64,000 bases of DNA from Phyllobates terribilis (Eukaryota), in contig NW_027362762.1 in assembly GCF_046119375.1 (NCBI RefSeq), forward strand, positions 341,620,001 to 341,684,000. Reading direction: 5' to 3'. Position numbers and translations under genes: made by a program. Below are positions 49,144-60,860 of this stretch, piece after piece (the first letter of the stretch is position 1; each line of letters opens with the position of its first letter). Below the pieces are notes generated by a model. The model saw only the letters and a program-made list of their open reading frames with translations, ran no database searches and had not been told where the DNA came from.

Positions 49144-49447
49144 GTAAGACAGGACAGAGATAAATCGCCGAAGCGGTAAACAAAGACAAAGCAAAGGGGA
49201 CAGGGCTCTGTTCACATGGAACAGACTGGAAAAGAAAGGCAGAACCAGATACACACAAGGTACTTGCAAACAAGTAGCGAAAGGACTCCAACTCACAAAC
49301 GGAAGTACAATGACAACGAGTAGAAGTTAGGTGCAGGTTCAGATTCTACAGAAAAAGGGAGCAAACGGACATAAAGACAAAACAGATAAGAAGCTAGGAG
49401 ACAGTTCAGACAAGAACAGTTACTGCAACAAAATGCAAGAAGGAGCC

Positions 49448-50000
49448 CCCCGAGGAAGCAGCACGCGAAACGCGCATCGGGGCTTCAACGCGACATCGGA
49501 GTATACATTGCACATGGGTGAGCCACCTTATTTGTTGAAGACACCATTATGACTGTCTCACACATATATGAGAATGACTGGAACAGTTACTGAATCTGTA
49601 TACCTGTAGATTCCATCCATTTCTTGGATTTCTCTGATCATACACACTGCCATTTGGGTATACTATTTATGTATGTTCCCTTCATGTGACTGGTTGCATT
49701 TATACCAGAGTGCAACCTTTATTTCTATGCTATCAGATGATCTCATGTGCACTCCTATATAGAATTGTCGCATTGTATTTGTGTTTTCCATCCCCGGTGA
49801 CCTACTAAATTGTTATGAGTATATTGATTTTAATATTTATACTGAATAAAATTTGTCTTTTTAATATTATTCAATATTGTTCTATATTTCTTTTCTTGGG
49901 GGTCATACTTCATATATTTCTATAGGCTATGCATTTCAGTAGGAGTACCCTGTGTATATAATATGGTATTCTTTCATATGGTTCGGTTCAATTGTATTTA
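49448..50000 (+). mobile_element. Solo pLTR of a second Penelope-like family, with a hammerhead-like motif
   Basis: 18-bp TSD AAAATGCAAGAAGGAGCC (49430-49447, 50001-50018); CCGAGGA-AGC-AGCAC-GCGAAACGCGCATCGGGGCT; ATGG/GTGAG donor; GTTCGGTTCA near the 3' end, as in 7854-16075. Confidence 0.75.
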
Positions 50001-50018
50001 AAAATGCAAGAAGGAGCC

Positions 50019-50400
50019 TAGGTAAAGCCAAGTGCTGGTTCAGACACTGCAGAAAAAGGGAGCAAACGAACATAAAGACAAAACAGGTAAGAAGCTAGGA
50101 GACAGTTCAGACAAGAACAGGTACTGCAACAAAATGCAGGAACGAGCCTAGGTAAAGCCAAGTGCTGGTTCAGACACTGCAGAAAAAGAGAGCAAACGGA
50201 CATAAAGACAAAACAGGTAAGAAGCTAGAAGACAGTTCAGACAAGAACAGTTACTGCAACAAAATGCAGGAACGAGCCTAGGTAAAGCCAAGTGCTGGTT
50301 TAGACACTGCAGAAAAAGGGAGCAAACGGACATAAAGACAAAACAGGTAAGACGCTAGAAGACAGTTCAGACAAGAACAGTTACTGAAGCGAGATACAGG
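50019..50400. repeat. 130-bp tandem repeat, 3 copies (a fourth at about 49330-49447 is split by the pLTR insertion)
   Basis: TAGGTAAAGCC at 50019, 50149 and 50279. Confidence 0.9.
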
Positions 50401-52009
50401 AGCGAGTCTGGGTATGCGGCCCCCAGAGGGCGGGACGAACAGGCTAAGAGCGAGTTCACACGGGCCTGGAATTACAGCCTCCAGGAAAGGCAGAAAGACA
50501 GCTGGCTAGAGTGCACAGACAGGACACAGTTCAGACACGGGAACTGATACCATAAGGCAGGAAACATAGACAGGACCTGGCACATCAGTGACTAGAAGCC
50601 AACTGACAGAACAAGATGCTCAGGCAAGGATTCCAAGGAGGAGCTGGTTTAAATACCAGGTGACATACAGCAATAGGCTGAGGACACATTAGGGGTGTGT
50701 CTGCAGCAGCTACAAGAAACAGGAAGTTCGGCGGGCGTCGCCCTAAGCAGCCAGAGCAGAGCAAAGCAGACAGTATGGAAAGAAGCCAGAGTGACAGTCT
50801 GGACTGGAAATCAAGTGCGCGCTCTTGCACAGTGGGAGATGGACCACTATGCAAGGATGCCGCCAGGTATGTTACACTCCTCTTAACAGTTGTTGAAGAG
50901 ATGTGTCTGCTGCTAGAACTCTGTGTGGCATTGACCTGGTCTTTAATCTGAGCTGCTGTTAACCTGCGATTTCTGAGGCTGGTGACTCAGATAAACTTAT
51001 CCTCAGAAGCAGAGGTGACTCTTGGTCTTCCTTTCCTGGGGCGGTCCTCATGTGAGCCAGTTTCTTTGTAGAGCTTGATGGCTTTTGCAACTGCACTTGG
51101 GGACACTTTCAAAGTTTGCCCAATTTTTCAGACTGACTGACCTTCATTTCTTAAAGTAATGATGACCACTCGTTTTTCTTTACTTAGCTGCTTTTTTCTT
51201 GCCATAATACAAATTCTAACAGTCTATTCATTAGGACTATCAGCTGTGTATCCATCTGACTTCTGCACAACACAACTGATAGTCCCAACCCCATTTATAA
51301 GACAAGAAATCCCACTTATAAAACTTGACAGGGCACACCTGTGAAGTGAAACCATTTCCAGTGACTGCCTCTTGAAGCTCATCAAGAGAATGCAAAGAGT
51401 GTGCAAAGCAGTCATCAAAGCAAAAGGTGGCTACTTTGAAGAACCTAGAATATAAGACATATTTTCAGTTGTTTCACAATTTTTTGTTAAGTATATAATT
51501 CCACATGTGTTAATTCATAGTTTTGATGCCTTCAGTGTGAATGTATAATTTTCATAGTCATGAAAATACTGAAAAATCTTTAAATGAGAGGGTGTGTCCA
51601 AACTTTTGGTCTGTACTGTATATATAGTTTCATCTTTTACATTTTAAAAATTACAAAAGGAAAATGGGCTGATGCAAAAGTTTGGGCACCCTGCATGGTT
51701 AGTACCTAGTAGCACCCCCTTTTGAAAGTAACACAGTTTGTAAACACTTTTTGTAGCCAGCCAAGAGTCTTTCAATTCTTGTTAGAGGGATTTTCATCCA
51801 TTCTTCTATGGAAAATTCTTCCAGCTCTGTGAGATTCCTGGGTCGTCTTGCATGCACTGCTATTTTGAGGTCTAGCCACAGATTTTCAATGATGTTCAGA
51901 TCAGGGGACTGTGAAGGCAATTGTAAAAGCTTCAGCTTGCACCTTTTGAGGTAGTCTATTGTGGATTTTGACGTGTGTTTAGGATCATTATCCATTTGTA
52001 GAAGGCATC

Positions 52010-55000
52010 TGTCATGCAAGGGGTGGGAAAGACTAAGTGCAACACAAAGGAAAGAGGGAAAGGGAGCCCAGACTCTAGGGAAAGGGGGGAGTGGAGACCT
52101 CCTAGGCTGATCTAGTATCACCCTGTCTCCACTAACTTCCCTATATTGGTTCTTCACCAATCGCTGCACGAGTACCTCGCCATGTCTTTCCCTGGCGTTA
52201 GACTCAGGCTAGGGAAGGGAGGGGATGAGCACTAGTCAATCCCCACTGAACACTAAAGACAACAAGGGGGGGCAAACAAGGGAAAATCGCTTAGCTTTAG
52301 TCGACTCCAGACAAATGTACACACATCCTCTAGCACCAGAGAGGAAGAAGTACTGCTCTTGCTCAATCCTTCACAAGGGGTAATGAATATCACCCGCACC
52401 TCCCTCTGACACATAGCAGTTATTTATACACCCAGGCCAGAGTGTTAATTAGCCAGACGAAGGTAGCCACTGGGTCCTAGAGATACAGCTTCTAAGAATT
52501 TGTCTGTAATGCCAAATGAAGAGATCTCCTGCAACCAACTGCAGGGTGACTGTCTGTCACTTCTGACACACCAGTGACAGTACCCCCCCTCTACGAGTGA
52601 CCTCCGGACACTAAGGACCTTGTTTCTCAGGATAACAGGTGTGAAATGAACAAACCAACCTGGGAGAGTTCACCTCTGTTGCTGAAACCCACATCCTCTC
52701 CTCTGCACCATAACCCTTCCAGTGCACCAAGTATTGTAGATAACGACGTGGAAAACGAGAATCTACAATCCTCGAAATCTGGAACTCCAGATTACAATCA
52801 ATCATTACTGGGGGCGGTGGTAGAGGTGAGGGTTCAAGAAGTTCCACATACTTTTTGAGTAAGAACCTGAGGAACACATTGTGGACCTTAAGGGCCTGAG
52901 GAAGTTCAAGACGAAACGCTGCTGAGTTAATGATGGCGGTTATTTTATAGGGATCAATAAACCTAGGTCCCAGCTTCTAAGAAGGAACTTTCAATCTTAT
53001 ATTCCTGATAGACAACCACACAAAGTCACCGGTAGGTCAGTAATAAAATCCATGGACAAGTGTGTCCATGGCCAACTAGGGATAGATAGCGGAAGAAGAG
53101 TACCAGACAGACGGGTATGCAAAATTTTAGAACGAGCACAAATACTACAAGCAGCAACGTGTTCAATCACATCCCGATGCAACCTCGGCCGCTAAAAGCA
53201 ACGAGAGAGGAGGCCCACAGTTGCCGTACCACCTGGATGCCCAGCAAGGACAGAGTTATGATGTTCCTTAATTACTTTGCGCAGATTAGATGATACAAAT
53301 AACCTTCCTGAAGGGCAAGAGGCAGGGGCATCCCCCTGAGCCTCCAAAACCTCACCCTCCAGTTCAGGATACAGTGCCAAAATGACTATTTCTTTCTGTA
53401 ATATTGGGTCAGGGTTCTCATGTTTACCACCACCAGGGAAGCTCCGGGACAAAACATCAGCCTTGACATTTTTGACCCCTGGACGGAAAGTGACAACAAA
53501 ATTGAACTTAATAAAAAACATGGAACCATCTGGCTTGGCTAGGGTTGAGACATTTAGCTGACTGGAGATATAACAGGTTCTTATGGTCAGTAATAACAGC
53601 AATAAGATGAACAGCCCCCTCCAACCAATTCTTCGAACGCCAATTTGATCGCCAAAAATTCCCTATTACCCACGTCATAATTTCTCTCAGCTGAAGACAA
53701 TTTTTTAGAAAAGAAGGCGCATGGACGCTGTTTACCAGGTGACGGACCCTGAGACAACACAGCACCAACCCCGACATCCGACGCACAATAAAGGGTTGGG
53801 AAACATCAGGTTGACTGAGTATAGGTGCAGTGGCAAAATGATTCTTTAAGGAAGAAAAAACCTGGAGGGAGGTATCCGACCATTTGGAAAAATCAGACCC
53901 CTTCTTAGTCATGTCAGTAAGGGGTTTCACAATTACTGAGTAATTTTGGATGAATTTCCGGTAAAAATTAGTAAAGCCCAGAAAATGTTGAAGAGCCTTC
54001 AGGTTCTCGGGACGTTCCCAATCAAGGACTGCACGGATCTTCTCCGGATCCATCCGAAAACCCGAAGATGACAACAAGTACCCCAAAAACTGCACCTCCT
54101 ATATGGCGAAAACACGTTTTTCCAGTTTGGCATAAAGTTTGTTATCCCTTTATATATGTTGCACCTGCTTAACATGCACCCGATGTGTCTCAATATCAGG
54201 TGAGTAAACCAAAATATCGTCCAGATAGACCACCACAAACCTGATGGAAAATATAATTTATGAAATGCTGGAATACCACAGGTGCCTTGGTCAAACCAAA
54301 AGGCATAAATAGACTGTCAAAATGTCCTTCCGGGGTATTGAATGCTGTTTTCCATTCGTCCCCTTCTCTGATTTTAACCAGATGGTAGGCTCCTCTTAAA
54401 TAAAAGATGGAGAATACCTTAGCCCCTATAATCTGGCTGAACAAATCAGGAATCAGAGGAAGAGGGTATGGATGGTAAGTTGATTTAATTCCCGGAAATC
54501 TAAACAGGGACGTAGACCACCATCTTTTTTCTTCACAAAGAAGAACCCTGCCGCCACCGGTGAAGATGAGGGTCTGATATGTCCCTTCTCCAGACTTTCT
54601 GCAATGAAATCCTTCATGGCTTGTCTCTCAGAGCCAGAAAGATTATACAGTTTGGACTGCAGTAGTTTAGCTCCGGTGGTCAAGTTAATAGGACAGTCAT
54701 ATGCACGATGAGAAAGCAAATCCTGACACCCCCTCTAAGAAAAAACGTCCTCAAAACCAGACAGAAAAGCAGGTCATATTTCCGTAGAGACAGTAGCAAG
54801 GGAAATTTGTAAACAGTTCTCATGACTGTAATCTCCCCATTCAATCATCTCCCCGTTTTGCCAATCCACTAACGGATTATGTTTAACAAGCCAAGGAATA
54901 CCCAAAACAATAGGTGTGGGAAGATTGTCAAGGACATAGCAAGGGATTATTTCACAATGACCTGACCCCACCCGCAGTTTTACATTATGTACAATCTGAG

Positions 55001-56135
55001 TAAATGCTTTCTGTGCAAGTGGCGCCAAGTCGATGGCGAAGATGGAAATAGGTTTAGCTAAAGTACAGCAAGCAAGATCATGAATTTTCACAAACTCAGC
55101 ATCAACCATGCTGACTCCGGCTCCACTGTCAACAAACACAGAAATTTTCTTGGTTTTGCTCTCTAGCACCACCTCTGCTGTCAGGACAAAGCGGGAACAG
55201 CAGGCTTGCAACAAATGCACCCCTTGTTTATCCAACTCCAGACTACCAAGAGTTAATTGAGTCTCCTTTTGTTTAGGAATTGAAGGACAGGTCCCAACAA
55301 AATGTCCCTTTTTCCCACAAAAACAAATACGCCTTTTTCCTTGCAAGTCTCAGGGAGATGTATGATGCAGAGACACCCCCTAACTGCATGGGTTCCTCCA
55401 CCTCACCCAGAAGTGATTCACCCCAGACCGCTCCCCCAGCAGAGGTACACAACTCTGACAAGAAGGCCCCAGAGAAGGTGGTCTCACCCGTCTATCCCGA
55501 AGGCATCTATCAAGATGTATGGCCAACGACATGGCAGCCTCCAAGGATTGGGGGTTTCATATACTGCCAAGGCACCTTTCAACCTTTCAGTAAGCCCCTC
55601 AAAAAATTGATTTCTATGAGCTCAGTCATTCGATTTGGAATCTGTTGCCCATCTACGGAATTCCGAACTGTACATCTCCACTGACCGATTCCCCTGCTGA
55701 AGGCGGCGTAGACTAGACTCAGCCAAGGTGACTCGGTCAGGGTCATCATAGATGAGGGCCAGAGCCCCGAAAAACCCCACCACAGACTGGAGACAAACCG
55801 AGCCCTGTGGTAAAGAAAACGCCCACGACTGAGGATCTCCCTGCAGTACAGAGATCACAATTCCAACCCGTTGCTCCACCTTTCCTGGAGGAGTAAGGAC
55901 GAAGTTTAAAATACAGTTTGCAGGCCTCCTTGAAAACAAAAAACTTGTCCCTAACTCCTGAAAACCTGTCCGGGAGGGCAACCTTGGATTTAGGCTGCAT
56001 AGGCCTACCTGCAGAGACCTCCACACTGGCGACCTGTAGCCGCTGATGCTGCTGCTGAACCTCACAGCAGAGGTCATTCACCTCCAGAGACAGACAGCGG
56101 AACTGCTTTGCAGGCTCTGCAACGGAAGTGCTCTG
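52010..56135 (-). mobile_element. Decayed sushi-type chromovirus (Ty3/Gypsy): gag, protease, RT, RNase H, partial integrase, chromodomain, PPT, 3' LTR 52010-52579; 5' LTR absent
   Basis: [52 protein letters not shown]...CSICARSK, QYLVHWKGYGAEERMW; purine tract abutting 52579; many frameshifts. Confidence 0.92.
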
Positions 56136-56269
56136 CTTAAAACAACTAATATAACGTGATTTTTTACAAATTCAACACAAAATGAAACTTTTAATGATAC
56201 CTGCTGTTGTAAAATTATTTAACACCTTAGTGAAAAATATCTTTAGTACCTGGCTGTTTTAACCTACTG

Positions 56270-56880
56270 CAAACGTGATATCTAACCACATCAACTTCTT
56301 GGTAGTGTTTCCATGGAATGTTAGCCCAGTTCTCGTAAGTAATGGCCTCCAGTTCACTAATATTCTGGTGTTTGTGTGCTGCAACCTACATCTTCTTCAA
56401 ATCACAGCAAACATTTTTTATAGGGTTCAGGTCAGGCAACTATGTCTCAGAATCTTCCAAGACTTATTATGCAGCCAAGACTTGCGTGACTGGCTTTGAT
56501 GTATGTTTGGGATTATTGTCCTGTTGAAAAGTTCTGTAACATCCAAACTTCAATTTGATGTTTCCTCGTATGATTTCTCCCAGGATGATTGTATTAATTT
56601 TGCTTTCCACACACTGCAGGTTTCCAATGCCAGAGGAAGCAAAGCAGCCACAGAGTATCAGCAAGACACCACTGTGCTTCTCTATAAGCAGGGTGATCAT
56701 GGTATGCTTTGCTTTATTTTTCCTCCTCCAGACACAAACTGATTCATAGTTCCAAAAAGTTTAAGTTTTCAATTTTGTTTCAGCAATCCACAAAACAGAA
56801 TGCCAAAACTTATGTGGCTTAATTATCTTAATTATTTGCTTTTGAGTATACTCAAGTCAACTTTTCTTGTGCTTTGGGGT
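56270..56880 (-). mobile_element. Tc1-like transposase remnant
   Basis: GVLLILCGCFASSGIGNL and FQQDNNPKHTSK motifs. Confidence 0.75.
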
Positions 56881-56927
56881 CAGTAGAGTACAGAAATGGA
56901 GACTTTCAGCATTTAGTTTGTGTATTA

Positions 56928-57575
56928 GGCCTCATTCACAGGTCCATGTCTCCAGTACATGTGGTGCCAGTCTTCACACGTACTGGAGAGACTTACACAA
57001 ATGAATGGGTCTGCGCACATGTCAGTGTGTCTCCATGGACCATATGTTCATGGGAAAACACACTGAGATGTCAGTTTTTTACATGCAGCATGGGCGACAA
57101 AATGTCCCACACATGTGCACACTGATGACACACACTGTCATTAGTGTTACAAGTACCAGCGCCTGGGAATCAGCGGTGCAGTTAGCACTGTTACCAAGCG
57201 CATGCTGAGGCAGATGTATTACGGCGTGCGACACTTACTTCATCTTAGGAAAGGTGAGTATAATGATTTTTTTATTTTATTCTTATTTTTACACTTGGAG
57301 ACATTGGGAGCAGAATACTACTCTCAACATTGTCCCTTGCTCGCGCGGATCGCAGCATAAGCTGGGGACAATGATGACAGATGCCTCCAGCACCCGGCGC
57401 TTGGGAACAGTGCAAACTGTACCCCTGATTCCCAGGCGCTGGTATGTGTTATTATGATGCTGCACATGGGCGGCACACGGTTGCCACACGTATGACACAC
57501 AGGGACACACGGACACGGATATCTCCGGTACTGGTTTTTCCAGTACCAGAAATATCTGGACGTGTGAAAGAGGCC
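56928..57575. mobile_element. PIF/Harbinger-type MITE
   Basis: TTA-GGCCTCATTCACA ... TGTGAAAGAGGCC-TTA. Confidence 0.7.
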
Positions 57576-57578
57576 TTA

Positions 57579-57772
57579 GGCCATGTGCACGTGTTCAGTA
57601 TTTGGTCAGTATTTTACATCAGTATTTGTAAGCCAAGACCAGGAGTAGGTGAAAAATACAAAAGTGGTGTCATGTTTCTATTATACTTTTCCTCTGACTG
57701 ATCCACTCCTGATTTGGGCTTACAAATACTGATGGAAAATACTGACCAAATACTGAACGTGTGACCATGGCC
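57579..57772. mobile_element. PIF/Harbinger-type MITE sharing a TTA site with the previous one
   Basis: TTA-GGCCATG ... CATGGCC-TTA; long palindromic arms. Confidence 0.8.
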
Positions 57773-57920
57773 TTACTGTGAATACTGGAACATTGATGCA
57801 GGTCTTCTGCAGACACTTGAAGTTTTTTATCACCTACCTCCTCAGAAAGCTGACAAGTGACAGCTGGTGATAGCTTCCTTTCGCTGCCATATCCAGTTAG
57901 TATAGCTAGTGTTCTTTTAA

Positions 57921-58145
57921 CCCTAGAACACATGACCATAAAAATCTACAATTTCACATACCTGGGGCCTTTTAGGCCCGTGTGCAAATAACATGGAATA
58001 ACTCAAACAAAAATGACAAACAACTACTATACTATATACCTGAGGAATACCTAGAGTTTCAAAATTCTGACTAAAGTAATCTTGCAGAAAATAGAAAACA
58101 ATTAACAGGGCGGGCCTTCGAGGCCCCCAGGTATGCGTTCTAGGG
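57921..58145. mobile_element. piggyBac-type MITE
   Basis: TTAA-CCCTAGAAC ... GTTCTAGGG-TTAA. Confidence 0.75.
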
Positions 58146-58149
58146 TTAA

Positions 58150-60860
58150 CCGGTTCAGGAGACACTCACTGTGAAACAGTCAGCAAAGATGTCATGTAAT
58201 GTAATACATGTCTATTACATTGCATGACATCAGTGATTAGAAAAATAAAAATTAATGTCCCATACAGGGACTAAGTAAAAATGTAAAAAAAAGTCAAAAA
58301 AATGTTTTCAAACTGTTAAAAAAAAATCACAAAATAAAAAAAAAAAAATAAACAAAATATTAAACCGATAAATCCGTATATTTATGCAAAAACAAAAAAA
58401 GTACACATATTTGGTATCGCCGCGTCCGAAACAACCCGATCTATAAAACTGTCACACTAATTAACTCCTTCTGTGCACACCGTATTAAAAATAAATAAAA
58501 AATGGAGCAAAAAACTATGCTTTTTCATCATATCGCCAAACAAAAAGTGGAAAAAAATGCGATCAAAAAGCAAAATGGAAATAAAAATGCTACCGCTGAA
58601 AATGTCATCTTGTTCTGCAAAAAAAAGCCGCCATACAGCTCCATCAGCCGAAAAATAAAAAAGTTATAGTGCTCAGAATAAAGCGATGCAAAAAAAATAT
58701 TTTTTTCGATAAAACTGTTTTATTGTGTAAAAGCGCCATAACATTAAAAAAATATACAGTAAGTGTAGTATCGCTGTAAACGTACTGACCCGAAGAATAA
58801 TGCTGCCTTATCACTTTTACCACATGCAGAACGGCATAAAAAAAAACTCAAAAACAATTCCTGAATTGTTGGTTTTTGTTAATTTTACCTCCCAAAAAAC
58901 GGAATAGAAAGCGATCAGAAAATGTCACGTACCCAAAAATGGTACCAATAAAAATGTCAACTCGTCCTGCAAAAAACAAGCCATCACATGACTCTGTCGG
59001 CCGAAATATGGAAAAATTATAGCTCTCAAAATGGCGATGCAAAAACTAGATTTTGCAAAAAAAAGCATCTCTTAGTGTGTGACAGCTGTCAATCAAAAAA
59101 AAACGATATATATCTGGTATCTCTGTAATCGCACCGACCCGAAGAATAAAGTAATCTCATCACTTATACCGCACGAGGAACGGCGTAAAAAATAAATAAA
59201 ACCAATTCTTCACCTGCTACTGATTTGTTTATTATGTCTCCCAAAGATCGCAGTAAGGCTCTGCTCACATTTATCCTGTGCTCTGCGCTGAGCACTTACA
59301 CCAGAGTTTCCGTGTAAATCTCTGAAATACGTGATTCAGACGGAACCCATGACGGAAGATTCCCTGTAATGAGGCAGATATAGGCCACTGTGGATGCCAT
59401 CTGGCCTGTGATCCCACAGTGTCAGTTTTTTTAGGCGTGCATAAAAGTGCGGTTGGCCACAGTTTTGTGCACTTCTGAAAAAAAGGACACCGCTAAACAG
59501 AGGCCAGACGGAGTCCAGAGTAACTCTGCTGCCTCATTACAGTGAATGGATCCGGCAGGGGTTTCATCTGAATTATATCACTTGGAAATTTAGATGGAAA
59601 CCCCGATGTAAGTGCTCAGCCTAGAGCACCGGATAAATGTTACGTAAAATGTTCCCAATAAAAGCTTCAACTCAGTCCTCGAAAAAAGCTAGTCCCCACT
59701 CAGGTCTGTCATCTGTTAAAAATATTCCAAGTTACTGGTAGCAGAAAGGCTCTGGAAAAGCGAAATGGCCCTTGCCCCCCAAAAGAAATTCAGAAAACTT
59801 TGTGCTCCCAAATCCAAATGCCTATTCTACAATAATTTGTTCTCCAATTGTCAAATAGCGCTCCGTCCCTCCCAGATCTCGCTGTATGGCTAAGCGGTAC
59901 GATACAGCCACATATGGGGTATTGCCACTTTTAGAAGAAATTGTGTGACACATTTCGACACTATTTTTACCCATTGCCCTGTGTGAAAATGTAAAATCTG
60001 AGGGTAAAACATTTTTTTGTGGTAAAAATATAATTATGTTTTTTTCACTGCCCAATGGTATAAATTTAAAAATTAAAAAATACTCACTATTTCCCTAGAT
60101 GAATTCCTTGGGGGATGTAGTTTACAAAATGGGGTCACTTGTGAAGGTTTCTGCTTTTTCGGCATGTCAGCGACTCTTCAAATGTGACATGGTGTCTGCA
60201 ACCTATCCCAGCCAACATAGCGCTCGTTTCTCTTCCGAACCCTGCCGTACACCAAAGCAGTGGTTTTCCCCCACATATGGGGTATCGGCGTGTTCAGGAG
60301 AAATTGCACAACAAATTTCATGGTGCAATTTCTCCTGTTATCCTTATAATAATGCAAAATTAGGGGATGAAAAACATTTTTTGTGGGAAAAATGTGAAAA
60401 TTTTATTTTTACGGCTTAATATTATAAACTTCTGTGAAGCAGCTGGGGGAGCAAGGTGCTCACCACACATCTAGATAAGTTCCCTAAGGGGTCTATTTTC
60501 CAAAATGGTGGCACTTGTGGGGGGTGTCCACTGTTTAGGCACATTAGGGGCTCCCCAAATGCGACATGGCGTCTGCTAATTATTCAAACAAATTTTACAT
60601 TCAAAAAGTCAAATGGCGCTCCTTCCCTTTCAAACCCTGCCGTGCGCCCAAACAGTGGTTTGCCTCCACATATGGGGTATCGGCGTGTTCAGGAGAAATT
60701 GCACAACAAATTTTATGGTGCAATTTATCCTATTACCCTTATGATAATGCAAAATTAAGGGATGAAAAACATTTTTGTGGGAAAAATATGAAAATTTTAT
60801 TTTTACAGCTCAATATTATAAACTTCTGTGAAGCACCTTGGGGTTCAATGTGCTCACCAC
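58150..60860. repeat. Large non-coding repeat (probably a piggyBac-like non-autonomous element) with tandem units of about 394 bp at about 60060-60860
   Basis: Recurrent CCGACCCGAAGAATAA and GGTATCGC motifs; CACATATGGGGTATCGGCGTGTTCAGGAGAAATTG repeated about 394 bp apart. Confidence 0.55.
59257..59645. mobile_element. Harbinger-like palindromic MITE, right end degraded
   Basis: TAA-GGCTCTGCTCACATTTATCC...TGAGCACTTACA vs TGTAAGTGCTCA...GGATAAATGT. Confidence 0.55.

Larger units (their letters stand above)
47977..50876 (-). mobile_element. 2.9-kb LTR-like insertion (probable solo LTR inflated by tandem arrays)
   Basis: TGTAAC...GTTACA, 5-bp TSD CTCCT, minus-strand TATTTAAA near 50650, related to 41894-42851; no gag or pol inside. 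Confidence 0.8.
47085..51618 (-). mobile_element. DD38E (Intruder-type) Tc1-like transposon with TIRs of about 270 bp, split by an LTR
   Basis: TA flanks; TIR CA(G/C)TACAGACCAAAAGTTTGGACACACC; transposase 51205-50882 + 47976-47248 = 1053 nt in frame with two CGA>TGA stops; 38 residues between QQD and PIE. Confidence 0.9.
46951..52009 (-). mobile_element. DD34E Tc1 element (outer host of the nested cluster), cut by a Gypsy LTR at 52010
   Basis: TA-CAGTGGCATGAAAAAGTTTGGGCACCC terminus; sequence resumes at 51621; DNDPKHT...PDLNIIEN with 34-residue spacing in ORF 51699-52169. Confidence 0.8.

Noticed and set aside
48214-49296. Three long ORFs (304, 343 and 360 aa) with 12-aa periodicity as a repeat protein gene
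   Set aside because: They are overlapping readings of a 36-bp array inside a TSD-flanked LTR, with no non-repetitive domain.
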